Numbered from the stretch's first letter, positions 9,482 to 17,734 are shown. The stretch: DNA of 64,000 nucleotides from Candidatus Moraniibacteriota bacterium (GCA_030679895.1 JAUXSN010000003.1:5517-69516); one strand, 5' to 3'. Translations and numbers: made by a program. Notes: a model not told the origin generated them from the sequence alone.

Positions 9482-10878
9482 TTCTTTCTTTCGTTATTTT
9501 TTTCGATCATTTTTTTCCTAATATCATTTTCACTAAAAAAGAACATGCAAGCGGCAAAGCGATCAATCGGTTCCTCCGGGAAAAAAACCCGATCTCCTTG
9601 GAATCTTATCTTCCCTATTTTTTTCAAGCCGTTTATTCCGTCGGCAAAAATTTCTTTGAAATCCGCTCCGAAATGCTTCGCGAAACCTTTTCGAGAAAAG
9701 CACCGCTCATGAGATAGTTTTTGCAGGATAAAGTTTCTCATCTCCCCCCGCTCGCCCAGCCTGACAGCTTTGTAGTCAAGACTATTTGAGTTGAAATTGA
9801 AATTGTCTCTCCCGTCTTTTGTGTAGTAATATTGCAAATCCTTGAAAATATAGGCGTTTGCCCGGCTACCGAGCGCGAAAAGGGACTGAGAACTTGAAGG
9901 GGAAGGCGAGAAATTATACACGTTTCCCAAAATTTTTTTATTCTTGAGCAAAAATTTATATCCGATAGAGTCATAGACCACGAATTTTGACTCAATCATT
10001 TCATAATTATGCTTATCCGCTTCGGCCTTAAACTGTTTTTTAATTTTCCTGAACTTTTCGCTTATTTTTTTTCTCTCCCGGCTCTGAAAACTTTCCGAGC
10101 GGAGCCCAAAATAGCCATTCGGGGGACGAAAACGATAGACGATTATCGAATCCGGCCGTAAGTCGGCCAGGCCGGAAAAACTGCTCAGAATCGAACTAGC
10201 ATCGTCTCCTCGCAAGCCGACCATCAAATCAACGTTTATTTCAAATTTCAATTTTCGGGCGCTTTGGATCACCTCTTTTATCTTGGAAAACTCTTGATAT
10301 CCGCGCAAAGCGGAGTTTAGCACATTTTTGTCCAAACTTTGAACGCCGAAGCTGATTCTGTTGAAGCCGAAATCTTTTATTATTTTCAGCTTTTTTTTAT
10401 CAATGCTTTCTGGGTTTCCTTCAAAAGTTTTTTCTCCCCGTTTCTCGAAACTGAAATACTTTTTCAGATTTCCCACGAGTTCCATGAGTTGTTTTTCCGA
10501 CAAAATAGACGGAGTTCCTCCGCCGATATATAGATTGTCTATTTTTTTACTCTTAAAAACTTCTCGGAAAAAAGAAATTTGTTTTTTTAAATTTTTCAAA
10601 TAACTTTCAATCTCCCTGTCGACCGGAACTTTCGAAAAATACGGGCAATAATTGCATTTGGATCGGCAAAATGGAATATGAACATAAAAATTCAAGATTT
10701 CTTTCGAACTCTCTTTTGAATCCAGATGGATATTCCAATGATTCCTTATCTGTCCGGCGCTCAGGACGCATTCTTCTCCGAACCAGCGGATAAGATCCGT
10801 CAGAAAAAAATTGTCATAAAAAGACTTATGATTCGATAAAAAAAATTTGTATGAATTGTATCTTTCCTGAGAGTTCAT
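9478..10878 (-). CDS. HemN-like (class C) radical SAM protein (paralog of 6159..7577)
   Basis: YVHIPFCRSKCNYC, YIGGGTPS, EGNP, RISFGVQSL, NVDLMVG; ATGA overlap with next gene. Confidence 0.85.
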   Translation of the reverse strand: MNSQERYNSYKFFLSNHKSFYDNFFLTDLIRWFGEECVLSAGQIRNHWNIHLDSKESSKEILNFYVHIPFCRSKCNYCPYFSKVPVDREIESYLKNLKKQISFFREVFKSKKIDNLYIGGGTPSILSEKQLMELVGNLKKYFSFEKRGEKTFEGNPESIDKKKLKIIKDFGFNRISFGVQSLDKNVLNSALRGYQEFSKIKEVIQSARKLKFEINVDLMVGLRGDDASSILSSFSGLADLRPDSIIVYRFRPPNGYFGLRSESFQSRERKKISEKFRKIKKQFKAEADKHNYEMIESKFVVYDSIGYKFLLKNKKILGNVYNFSPSPSSSQSLFALGSRANAYIFKDLQYYYTKDGRDNFNFNSNSLDYKAVRLGERGEMRNFILQKLSHERCFSRKGFAKHFGADFKEIFADGINGLKKIGKIRFQGDRVFFPEEPIDRFAACMFFFSENDIRKKMIEKNNERKK

Positions 10879-10895
10879 GCTGGCAACTTTTTATG

Positions 10896-11792
10896 TCATT
10901 TGAGTCCGACAGCCCTAAATTCTTTCCAGCCAAATTTTTCCGGATATTCCCGCCACGGACCTTCACATATCGCGTTGTGACGGCATTTGGCGCACTGCGG
11001 ACCTTTCATCTTCCCTTCTTTCCGACGAGCTTCGGCGAAATCTTCAACCACCGATTTGAAGTCGTATATTTTGGTCGGCGGAATATATTTTTCTGCCACG
11101 TAGTCTTCATAGCCTTTCATAAAACAAAATGGAATGGCTTCGGTCATCACGACTTTTTTCTTTTTTATGCCGATGTCCAATCCCGCTTTCACATAGGGTT
11201 CCGTCAGAGCCATCCTCGGCACAATGGATTCAAAATTTTCCCCTGCGTTTCCGGTCGCGTGAACAAAAGCGAATTGATATTGATCAACGTCTAAAGAGAC
11301 CAGAAGTTCTGCTATTTCCGGCAAATGCCGGTAATTAGACCTGGTTATCACTGTGTTGGTAATAACTTCCTGACCGAGCAATTTCAGGTTCCTTATCCCC
11401 TGCACCGTTTGCGCGAAACTTCCCCGAGCGGTGGTCAGATAATCATGGAGTTCTCCAATGTGCCCATGCAGAGCTGGTGAAAATTCGGTCGCTCCCGCCC
11501 TGATGGTTTTTTTGCAAAAGTCCGGATAGGAAAACATCCTGCCGTTGCTTTGAATTTGAATTAGTTTAAAACCGATATTTTTCGCAAAGCTTACAAGGCT
11601 GAGAAAGTCAGGTCTTATTGTCGGCTCTCCTCCCGTAAACACAATTCCGTCGCACTCGGCTACGGCTTCTTTCATTTCTTTTTTTATTTGCTTAATATCC
11701 TTATCTTTGAATTGGATCCTTTTTCTCCCCTGCACGCAAAAAAGGCAATGGTTGTTGCAAGAAAATCCAACTTTTAGATCCGCTTTTTTCAT
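10896..11792 (-). CDS. hxsC: His-Xaa-Ser system radical SAM protein, HxsC-type
   Basis: DLKVGFSCNNHCLFCVQG, FTGGEPT, QSNGR, EAIPFC, CAKCRHNAICEG; context with HxsB, HxsD and precursor. Confidence 0.7.
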   Translation of the reverse strand: MKKADLKVGFSCNNHCLFCVQGRKRIQFKDKDIKQIKKEMKEAVAECDGIVFTGGEPTIRPDFLSLVSFAKNIGFKLIQIQSNGRMFSYPDFCKKTIRAGATEFSPALHGHIGELHDYLTTARGSFAQTVQGIRNLKLLGQEVITNTVITRSNYRHLPEIAELLVSLDVDQYQFAFVHATGNAGENFESIVPRMALTEPYVKAGLDIGIKKKKVVMTEAIPFCFMKGYEDYVAEKYIPPTKIYDFKSVVEDFAEARRKEGKMKGPQCAKCRHNAICEGPWREYPEKFGWKEFRAVGLK

Positions 11793-12700
11793 AAAGATGA
11801 AATTTTATCCACAAAATCGCTAAGAGCCCTGTCGACTTTCCTCGTGGAATCCAAAATCTGCCTAGAAAAGGTTCTTTTGAAAAGAAAATCGAAATCGAAC
11901 TCCAGGGGAAACTGAACAATGCTTTTCCAGTCATTCGTGTTTTGAATATTACCTAATTTCAATTCTTTCCGCCAGCCCGAAAAGCGCTTGTCCAGAAAAA
12001 AATTTCCGAAATACACATCCCCTTCGGGATCAATAACCGGGGACATATTAAACAAAGGCACGGGCGAAAATGATTTAATATTTTTTACCTGGATGCCGTC
12101 TGGATGGGATTTTATTTCCTTCTCAATGACTTTGAAATTGTCACGGAGAGAACTTATGCTTTTTTCGGACCAATCCGTATAATAAGCCGGCAAAAAATTG
12201 AATCGCCTAAATCCTTTTTTTCTTAGTTCCGAAAAAAGATCTTTTGACTGCCTCATGTTGTCCGGCAAAAGATTGATATTGACCGTCATGAGCGGAAGGC
12301 GTGATATGTTTTTTATGAATTCATCGTCATCGAATATTTTTGAGTAACTGGAACTTATGATAATTTCAAAATTTGGAAATTTTTTGAGATAGTCTGCGAT
12401 TTTTTTGTCGAGAAGCAATCCATTCGTCGTGAGATTGAAATCCGCTTTTTTCGCTTTTTTTCCTAATCGCGCCACGAGTCCCTTTACCAAACCGAAATTG
12501 AGAAGCGGCTCCCCCCCAAAAAAACGAATAAGAGGCCTCACGGAACGATTATTTTTCCCCTCTAAAAACAAAGAAGCAGCCCTTGAAGCCGTTTCTAAGT
12601 TCATGCTTCTATTTGTTTTTCTTACCTGGCAATGACTGCAATTCAGATTGCACTTTAGGGTTGTCACCAAAACCAAACTTTGATCATCGAGTTTCGACAT
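11789..12700 (-). CDS. Radical SAM protein (anSME/SPASM-like core, no C-terminal Cys)
   Basis: TTLKCNLNCSHC, FFGGEPLL, TTNG; IDPEGDVY twitch-like segment without Cys; ATGA overlap with next gene. Confidence 0.85.
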   Translation of the reverse strand: MSKLDDQSLVLVTTLKCNLNCSHCQVRKTNRSMNLETASRAASLFLEGKNNRSVRPLIRFFGGEPLLNFGLVKGLVARLGKKAKKADFNLTTNGLLLDKKIADYLKKFPNFEIIISSSYSKIFDDDEFIKNISRLPLMTVNINLLPDNMRQSKDLFSELRKKGFRRFNFLPAYYTDWSEKSISSLRDNFKVIEKEIKSHPDGIQVKNIKSFSPVPLFNMSPVIDPEGDVYFGNFFLDKRFSGWRKELKLGNIQNTNDWKSIVQFPLEFDFDFLFKRTFSRQILDSTRKVDRALSDFVDKISSL

Positions 12701-12781
12701 TGATAGCTGAAAAATAATTGATGCAGAATTTTTTTTCTTATTTTTTTATTTTCGGAAATTATTCAGCCAAGGATCTGGATA

Positions 12782-13063
12782 TTACCAGCTGCCGTGAGAA
12801 CCATGCGATCCGTGAGCTCCGTGCGATCCGTGCGATCCGTGCGATCCGTGAGATCCGTGAGATCCGTGAGAAGCATGGGCACAAGTCGCATTGGCCAGTT
12901 TCTCATTCGGCTTCATTATCCCTGCCAGAACTGCGGCGCTGGCGACCACCACCATTCCGATTTTCATCACGCTTTCCTTGCTAATATTCCCTTCTTCGCT
13001 GGTCAAGAAGGCCTGGATGTTCTTTTTTATCTTAGGTATCCTTGTTTTTTTTGATTCACTCAT
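12782..13063 (-). CDS. hxsA: His-Xaa-Ser repeat RiPP precursor peptide (HxsA-type)
   Basis: 93 aa: basic leader with FLTSEEG, hydrophobic segment, then HAS-(HGS)5-HGA-(HGS)3-W-stop; lies in a radical SAM cluster with HxsB and HxsD. Confidence 0.85.
   Translation of the reverse strand: MSESKKTRIPKIKKNIQAFLTSEEGNISKESVMKIGMVVVASAAVLAGIMKPNEKLANATCAHASHGSHGSHGSHGSHGSHGAHGSHGSHGSW
12788..12877 (-). repeat. 9-bp coding tandem repeat, 10 units (CACGGATCN consensus) encoding His-Xaa-Ser
   Basis: cat gct tct / cac gga tct x2 / cac gga tcg x3 / cac gga gct / cac gga tcg / cat ggt tct / cac ggc agc; variation mostly synonymous. Confidence 0.95.
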
Positions 13064-13088
13064 AAATTAAGATTAGATCTTAAAAATT

Positions 13089-14099
13089 TTATTTTGCTCC
13101 GGTAGCTTCGAAAAGCAGTTGGAGACGGTCTAGATTATAATAATCGTCGCATTTTTCCTCGCTGAAGTTCAACATTTTCCGACAGTCGAAATTAGGATCA
13201 AAATATAGCTTATAAACGCTATAATAGTCGCGGTGGGAAATTTCTTCCAGTATCGCCGGATTATTGTCTCTCACAGTTCTCGCAAAATAAGCAAGCTGAA
13301 AACATTTATACCAAAGGTCTTCTCCCACTCCACCCTGCTCGACCGATCCCCCTTGCGAAGCCCTGGGAAGATTTTTCATGACGTCGCAGGCCGCATAATC
13401 TCTCTTGTTTATGGCAAGGCACAATGCCTGAGTCAAGGAACCTTTGGGAAAACTCGCGCAATCGCTCTCTGATTTACTCATGACCAACGATTGGCACAGA
13501 TTTTGGCAATCATCCTCTCCTGAATTTTTGCAAGCCTGGACAAATTCGACCGAGCAATTTCCTGCTTTCATGCTTGGTAATATACTTTCGAGATACAGCT
13601 TGACCCTGTATTCACAATGCGACAATACCATCGGATCCGGAATACTTTTGCAGTATCCGATATTCTTTTCCTTTATGGCAGAGCAAATTAGAAAATTTTC
13701 TGTTTTGAACGGATTTATTCTAAACATTTCGGAGGCCAGGAGAATAATATCTTTTGTTTCTTTTCCGGAAAGACCTTCAAGCCTTTTCTTGCAAGCGTCT
13801 CTCTCCGCCCAAAAATAGGTTTCCACTTCCTGCCGGCTTTTCCCCTTCAATTTTTCTGTTTCGAAAGAAACATCTGCCTGACTTTTTTGCTCATATGGCG
13901 AAGGTTCCATGATCTCGGCGGGAACAGCCAAGAGCGCTTTTTTATTTTGAGAAGGAATATCCTCTATTGTTTTATGCGGAATATTTTGAGAGTCGTTGCT
14001 AAAAAATAAATATTTTACTCCCAAAAACAACCCGGCCAAAACCAGCAAGACAACGAATGCGATTAATACTTCCTTTAGTTTTTTATTTTCGATTACCAT
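13089..14099 (-). CDS. Membrane-anchored Cys-rich hypothetical protein
   Basis: N-terminal hydrophobic helix (VLIAFVVLLVLAGLFLGV); many Cys in CxAI...C-type repeats. Confidence 0.75.
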   Translation of the reverse strand: MVIENKKLKEVLIAFVVLLVLAGLFLGVKYLFFSNDSQNIPHKTIEDIPSQNKKALLAVPAEIMEPSPYEQKSQADVSFETEKLKGKSRQEVETYFWAERDACKKRLEGLSGKETKDIILLASEMFRINPFKTENFLICSAIKEKNIGYCKSIPDPMVLSHCEYRVKLYLESILPSMKAGNCSVEFVQACKNSGEDDCQNLCQSLVMSKSESDCASFPKGSLTQALCLAINKRDYAACDVMKNLPRASQGGSVEQGGVGEDLWYKCFQLAYFARTVRDNNPAILEEISHRDYYSVYKLYFDPNFDCRKMLNFSEEKCDDYYNLDRLQLLFEATGAK

Positions 14100-14185
14100 T
14101 TTGATTATTTATATCATAAATTACAAACCTAGAAAAGACAATAAACAGCAAAGTGCTTCGGCGTTCGTATTTTTTGAAAAAGGTA

Positions 14186-15688
14186 TCAGTCCGGTATTTT
14201 CTGATAATTTTTTTTACTGCACTCTATTTCTTTTTTTGCCCATTTTTCAAGGATCTTTTTCTTCTTTTTGTCTTTCAAGTAGCTGAAAATCAGGTCAAAA
14301 ATAGATTTGTTTATTATGCATCTCAGGCTGTTGGGCTGTTGGCAAAAAACATTTCCGGTTTCAGCAAAGTTGTGGATGGGACAAATTCCGCAATAAGGCT
14401 GATAAACGCAGTGCGAACAGCCCGCCTGGCAACTTGTCTCCGAGGCTACACACATGCTCTTCAGGGCCGGGCTGTCGATGATTTCCGAATAAACGTTTTG
14501 GGCGACGGTTCCCAGTCTAAACATTTCTTGCCCTGAGTAGCCCATCATTCTGCCTTCATCGCAAGTATAAATATCACCATTGAAATCATAGGCAAGTTGT
14601 CCGATCCCGGCTCCGCAAGGAGAACGGAGCTCCAGATAATTCGGATCGTCATCCGTCAAAATCTTTGAAACAACAATTGAGGCCGTCCTTTCATAAAATC
14701 TTTTTCCCGACTGGTTGATTTCCAAAATATAATCCAGAGCTTTTTTATAGAAATCAAGATATTCTTGAGGCTTATATCCCATCTTTGACCAAGCTTTTCC
14801 GGCTGTTCCCAACGGGCTCAAGGGACGGAGAAATATAGTATCAAAACCCCATTTTAAATATTCATCCACTATTTCTTTCGGGTGCTCAAGAGAGAATCGA
14901 CTCACCGTAACGAGTGCTCCGGGCTGAAAAAAATAATATTTCCCTCTAATTTTCTTCCGCTCAATCCTCCGGTATTCATCCATGGCTTGCTTCAGCCATT
15001 TTGTCGTTTCCTCATAGCTGTTTTTGCGGGGAAGCGGGCGATTTCTGTTATGAATAGCTTCCGGACCGTCGAGCGAGGTGCAAAGCGCCACGTGATTTCT
15101 GAAGAAAAAACGCAGTTTCTCCTTGTCCATCAGGGAAAAATTGGAAACGAGTCGGAGCTCCAGGCTTTTTTTCTCGATTTTATTTTTTTCTTTGGCATAT
15201 TCAACAATAAACTTGACTATCGGCCAATTAAGAAGAGGCTCCCCTCCCTGAAACTCAATGGCGACGTTGTTATTCGGCGTGCTGAAAATAAAATCGACTA
15301 CTTGCTTAGCCGTTCCAAGGCTCATGTCAAATTGGGAGCTAGTCACTCCTTTCGCACTAGCCTGGCAGTAAACACAGCTGTAATTGCAGCGCAGCGTCAC
15401 AACAACGATATGAAGACTCGGCCCTCCAAAAAGATTCTGGTGTTTTTTTTGGTATTTTTCAATGTATTTGTCAAAATTTATTTTGTCGCGGATGAAATTT
15501 TTTTTCGCCAATTCTTTGTAGGACGCACTTTTTGAGCTGATTTTTCCCTCGATGAATTTTCCAAAATTATTTTCGTCCAAAAAAGCGTATTCTCCCGCAT
15601 CATTCGTGAGAAGATATTCTTTTCCCAACTTTCTATAACGGAAAAAGCCTACTGTTGAGTGATCTATCTTATCCGGATTGAATTTCAT
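14186..15688 (-). CDS. hxsB: His-Xaa-Ser system radical SAM/SPASM maturase HxsB
   Basis: N-terminal FFRYRKLGKEYLLTNDAGEYAFL, LHIVVVTLRCNYSCVYCQAS, IEFQGGEPLL, SPASM SPCGAGIGQLAYDFNGDIYTCDEGRM...CSHCVYQPYCGICP. Confidence 0.9.
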   Translation of the reverse strand: MKFNPDKIDHSTVGFFRYRKLGKEYLLTNDAGEYAFLDENNFGKFIEGKISSKSASYKELAKKNFIRDKINFDKYIEKYQKKHQNLFGGPSLHIVVVTLRCNYSCVYCQASAKGVTSSQFDMSLGTAKQVVDFIFSTPNNNVAIEFQGGEPLLNWPIVKFIVEYAKEKNKIEKKSLELRLVSNFSLMDKEKLRFFFRNHVALCTSLDGPEAIHNRNRPLPRKNSYEETTKWLKQAMDEYRRIERKKIRGKYYFFQPGALVTVSRFSLEHPKEIVDEYLKWGFDTIFLRPLSPLGTAGKAWSKMGYKPQEYLDFYKKALDYILEINQSGKRFYERTASIVVSKILTDDDPNYLELRSPCGAGIGQLAYDFNGDIYTCDEGRMMGYSGQEMFRLGTVAQNVYSEIIDSPALKSMCVASETSCQAGCSHCVYQPYCGICPIHNFAETGNVFCQQPNSLRCIINKSIFDLIFSYLKDKKKKKILEKWAKKEIECSKKNYQKIPD

Positions 15689-15711
15689 AAGTCGTCAATT
15701 TTCAAAAAGAC

Positions 15712-15915
15712 TTAGCGCGCTCCTTTTCTCAGTCCCAAAACATAATTTCCAAATTCATCTTCCAGAAAATTATTATGCTCGGACTTTTTTGGCTTTATTT
15801 TGACTAAATAATACTTATTTTTTTCAGCCATCTGAAGATCCGCAATCTTTTTATATCTCTTGACGGCTTCTTTTATGGCTTCTTGGCTGTAAAGACTTTT
15901 GCTAAACTTTTTCAT
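15712..15915 (-). CDS. HxsD-like small protein
   Basis: SKSLYSQEAIKEA...EDEFGNYVL aligns by eye with NSKNYPLEAILNA...KGEFLNELL of the upstream gene. Confidence 0.7.
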   Translation of the reverse strand: MKKFSKSLYSQEAIKEAVKRYKKIADLQMAEKNKYYLVKIKPKKSEHNNFLEDEFGNYVLGLRKGAR

Positions 15916-15924
15916 TGCATTTTG

Positions 15925-16383
15925 TTACTTATTCTTTTTTTGTTTTTCTTTGGCTTTTTTAGCATGCTTTTCTTCCCAAGGGACAGCGATTTCCAAAGGA
16001 TCTTCTCGCCAATCAACCGTCTCTTCTTCAGACCTTGAAGATTGGGCGATGACATTGCTTGGCAGACTTGACACCAGAGAAGCGGCTACTATATATTCTC
16101 TTATTTTCTGGTTATTTTTCGCAACTTCTATCCGAAGAAGATAATTCAAAAGTTCATTGAGAAACTCTCCTTTGAGCGCTTCCAGCTGCTTTTTGTCCAA
16201 TCTTTCTTTTCCTTTCAGCGAAATGAGTATTTCTTTTTCCGGATCGCCGTCGAGATGAACATAGACCCTATCTATAAACACATAGGCCGCATTGAGTATC
16301 GCCTCCAGCGGATAGTTTTTACTATTTAGCCGAAAAACGATTTGATTTTCCTTTATATTGATTTTACTTTTTGGATTTTGCAT
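15925..16383 (-). CDS. hxsD: His-Xaa-Ser system protein HxsD
   Basis: YPLEAILNAAYVF and EFLNELLNYLLRIEV...IREYIV match the LLNDYxLRE-type HxsD signature; first gene of the cluster. Confidence 0.8.
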   Translation of the reverse strand: MQNPKSKINIKENQIVFRLNSKNYPLEAILNAAYVFIDRVYVHLDGDPEKEILISLKGKERLDKKQLEALKGEFLNELLNYLLRIEVAKNNQKIREYIVAASLVSSLPSNVIAQSSRSEEETVDWREDPLEIAVPWEEKHAKKAKEKQKKNK

Positions 16384-16464
16384 AAAATTTAACTGCTAAA
16401 GAAATTTATCTACGATTAACTCTATCACAGCGCCATAGAAACGACAATACCTCAAAAAAAGAGT

Positions 16465-17520
16465 TTAATTTGTTTCTACCCATCCGCAGGAACGGCTATT
16501 GCCGGCATGGCATACGGTCGTGCTGGTTGGACAAATGCCGTTGCAATTCCACGTCCATTCCGTGTAGTTATTTTCTAAACTTCCGGCCTGGTATAGGGAG
16601 TTTGGAGAACACAAATTGTCCGAATCGGGCTGGGTTTCTTTGTAGCAATAATTTTGTCCGCTCGCGTCGCCACATGTGGGGGCAATTATTTCCGTAAAAC
16701 TTCTAGAGCATGCTTTGTCTAGAGCCGTCTGGTTGCACTTTGCCGAGCAAGTCCAATTCCATCCAGTTGTTCCGTCTCCAGTGACGACGGGAGGTCTAGT
16801 TGGATCGTAAATGGTGCATAGCCTGGATGGGTCCAGTGTGATGCTGCTGCCCGAACAAATTGTGTCGCTCATGACGCTTCCGCAGTTGGGCGCCTCGATG
16901 ATTGGAGCCTGTGCCGTGCAAGAAGCCGACACACCGCCGCCTGAGCCGGAACATATCCATGACCACGTTGTTCCAGCGGCCCCGGATCCGGAAACTGCCG
17001 GCGGATTAAGCAGGCTATATTTCAAGCAAAGTTCCGGATATTGCAGGCTAGGTAAGCTGTAAGGACAATATGAGTTTCCGTTTGAAGTTCCACATTCGCC
17101 ATCTCTCCTATTGATAACAAAGGTTCCAACAGCCTGCGGCGTCCAGTCGCCATAATATCCGTAAACACTGACCCGCGCGGCATAAAATGGGCTGATATTC
17201 ATAGGCAAAATCCCAGGCGGTATATAATGAGTGTAATTTCCCGGATTTGTACTTGGCGGTACGACTGCTCCTGAATTGTATACCTGAGTATATGTTTTTG
17301 TTCTAAGGTTCCATTTATCCACCTGAACCTGATAGTAGTAAAAAGGATTGCCCGATACGCCAAAATTAATATCGGGCCAAGCGGGATCAAAAATATTTAG
17401 ATTATCAGCAACGCATACAGTAATATTTGTTCCCGGATTCAAGGCATGAACATTATCAGGACAATAAAATAACAATACGAGACAAACAAAAAATAATATC
17501 GATCCGATTTTCTTTATCAT
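16465..17520 (-). CDS. Secreted Cys-rich repeat surface protein
   Basis: Signal peptide ending VHA; three Cys-rich repeats ending WSWICSG, WNWTCSA, WTWNCNG. Confidence 0.8.
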   Translation of the reverse strand: MIKKIGSILFFVCLVLLFYCPDNVHALNPGTNITVCVADNLNIFDPAWPDINFGVSGNPFYYYQVQVDKWNLRTKTYTQVYNSGAVVPPSTNPGNYTHYIPPGILPMNISPFYAARVSVYGYYGDWTPQAVGTFVINRRDGECGTSNGNSYCPYSLPSLQYPELCLKYSLLNPPAVSGSGAAGTTWSWICSGSGGGVSASCTAQAPIIEAPNCGSVMSDTICSGSSITLDPSRLCTIYDPTRPPVVTGDGTTGWNWTCSAKCNQTALDKACSRSFTEIIAPTCGDASGQNYCYKETQPDSDNLCSPNSLYQAGSLENNYTEWTWNCNGICPTSTTVCHAGNSRSCGWVETN

Positions 17521-17628
17521 TTTTTTGTATTACTTTTACCTCTTGCAATTATTATACCATATCCAAAAACAAGCACAATGCTCCCGATGAGCCCTTTCAA
17601 AAATCGGGGAATGTGATATTATGAAACA

Positions 17629-17725
17629 AGCGCAAAGTGTAAAATGCAAAGCTAAAAACCACAGCGAAAAACCAAAAGTTTTTAGCTTTAAGTTTTGGTT
17701 TTGCACTTTGAGCTTTTAGTTTTGA
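17629..17725. repeat. Inverted array of degenerate 7-mers (GCAAAAC-type / GTTTTGC-type)
   Basis: agcgcaaagtgtaaaatgcaaagctaaaaaccacagcg followed by complementary ggttttgcactttgagcttttagttttg; related arrays near 33570, 59040-59260, 63270 and 63660. Confidence 0.65.
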
Positions 17726-17734
17726 ATTCGACAT

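Noticed and set aside
6159-10878. Heme biosynthesis (hemN) assignment
   Set aside because: No other hem genes in the window; two paralogs coupled to peptide-maturase genes fit a tailoring role better
12788-12877. Tandem repeat as a CRISPR array or non-coding VNTR
   Set aside because: 9-bp units with no spacers, in frame with synonymous variation; it is the precursor core
12718-13054. Plus-strand ORFs with (SVR)n or (IRA/IRE)n repeats
   Set aside because: Antisense shadows of the His-Gly-Ser repeat, opposite to the operon direction
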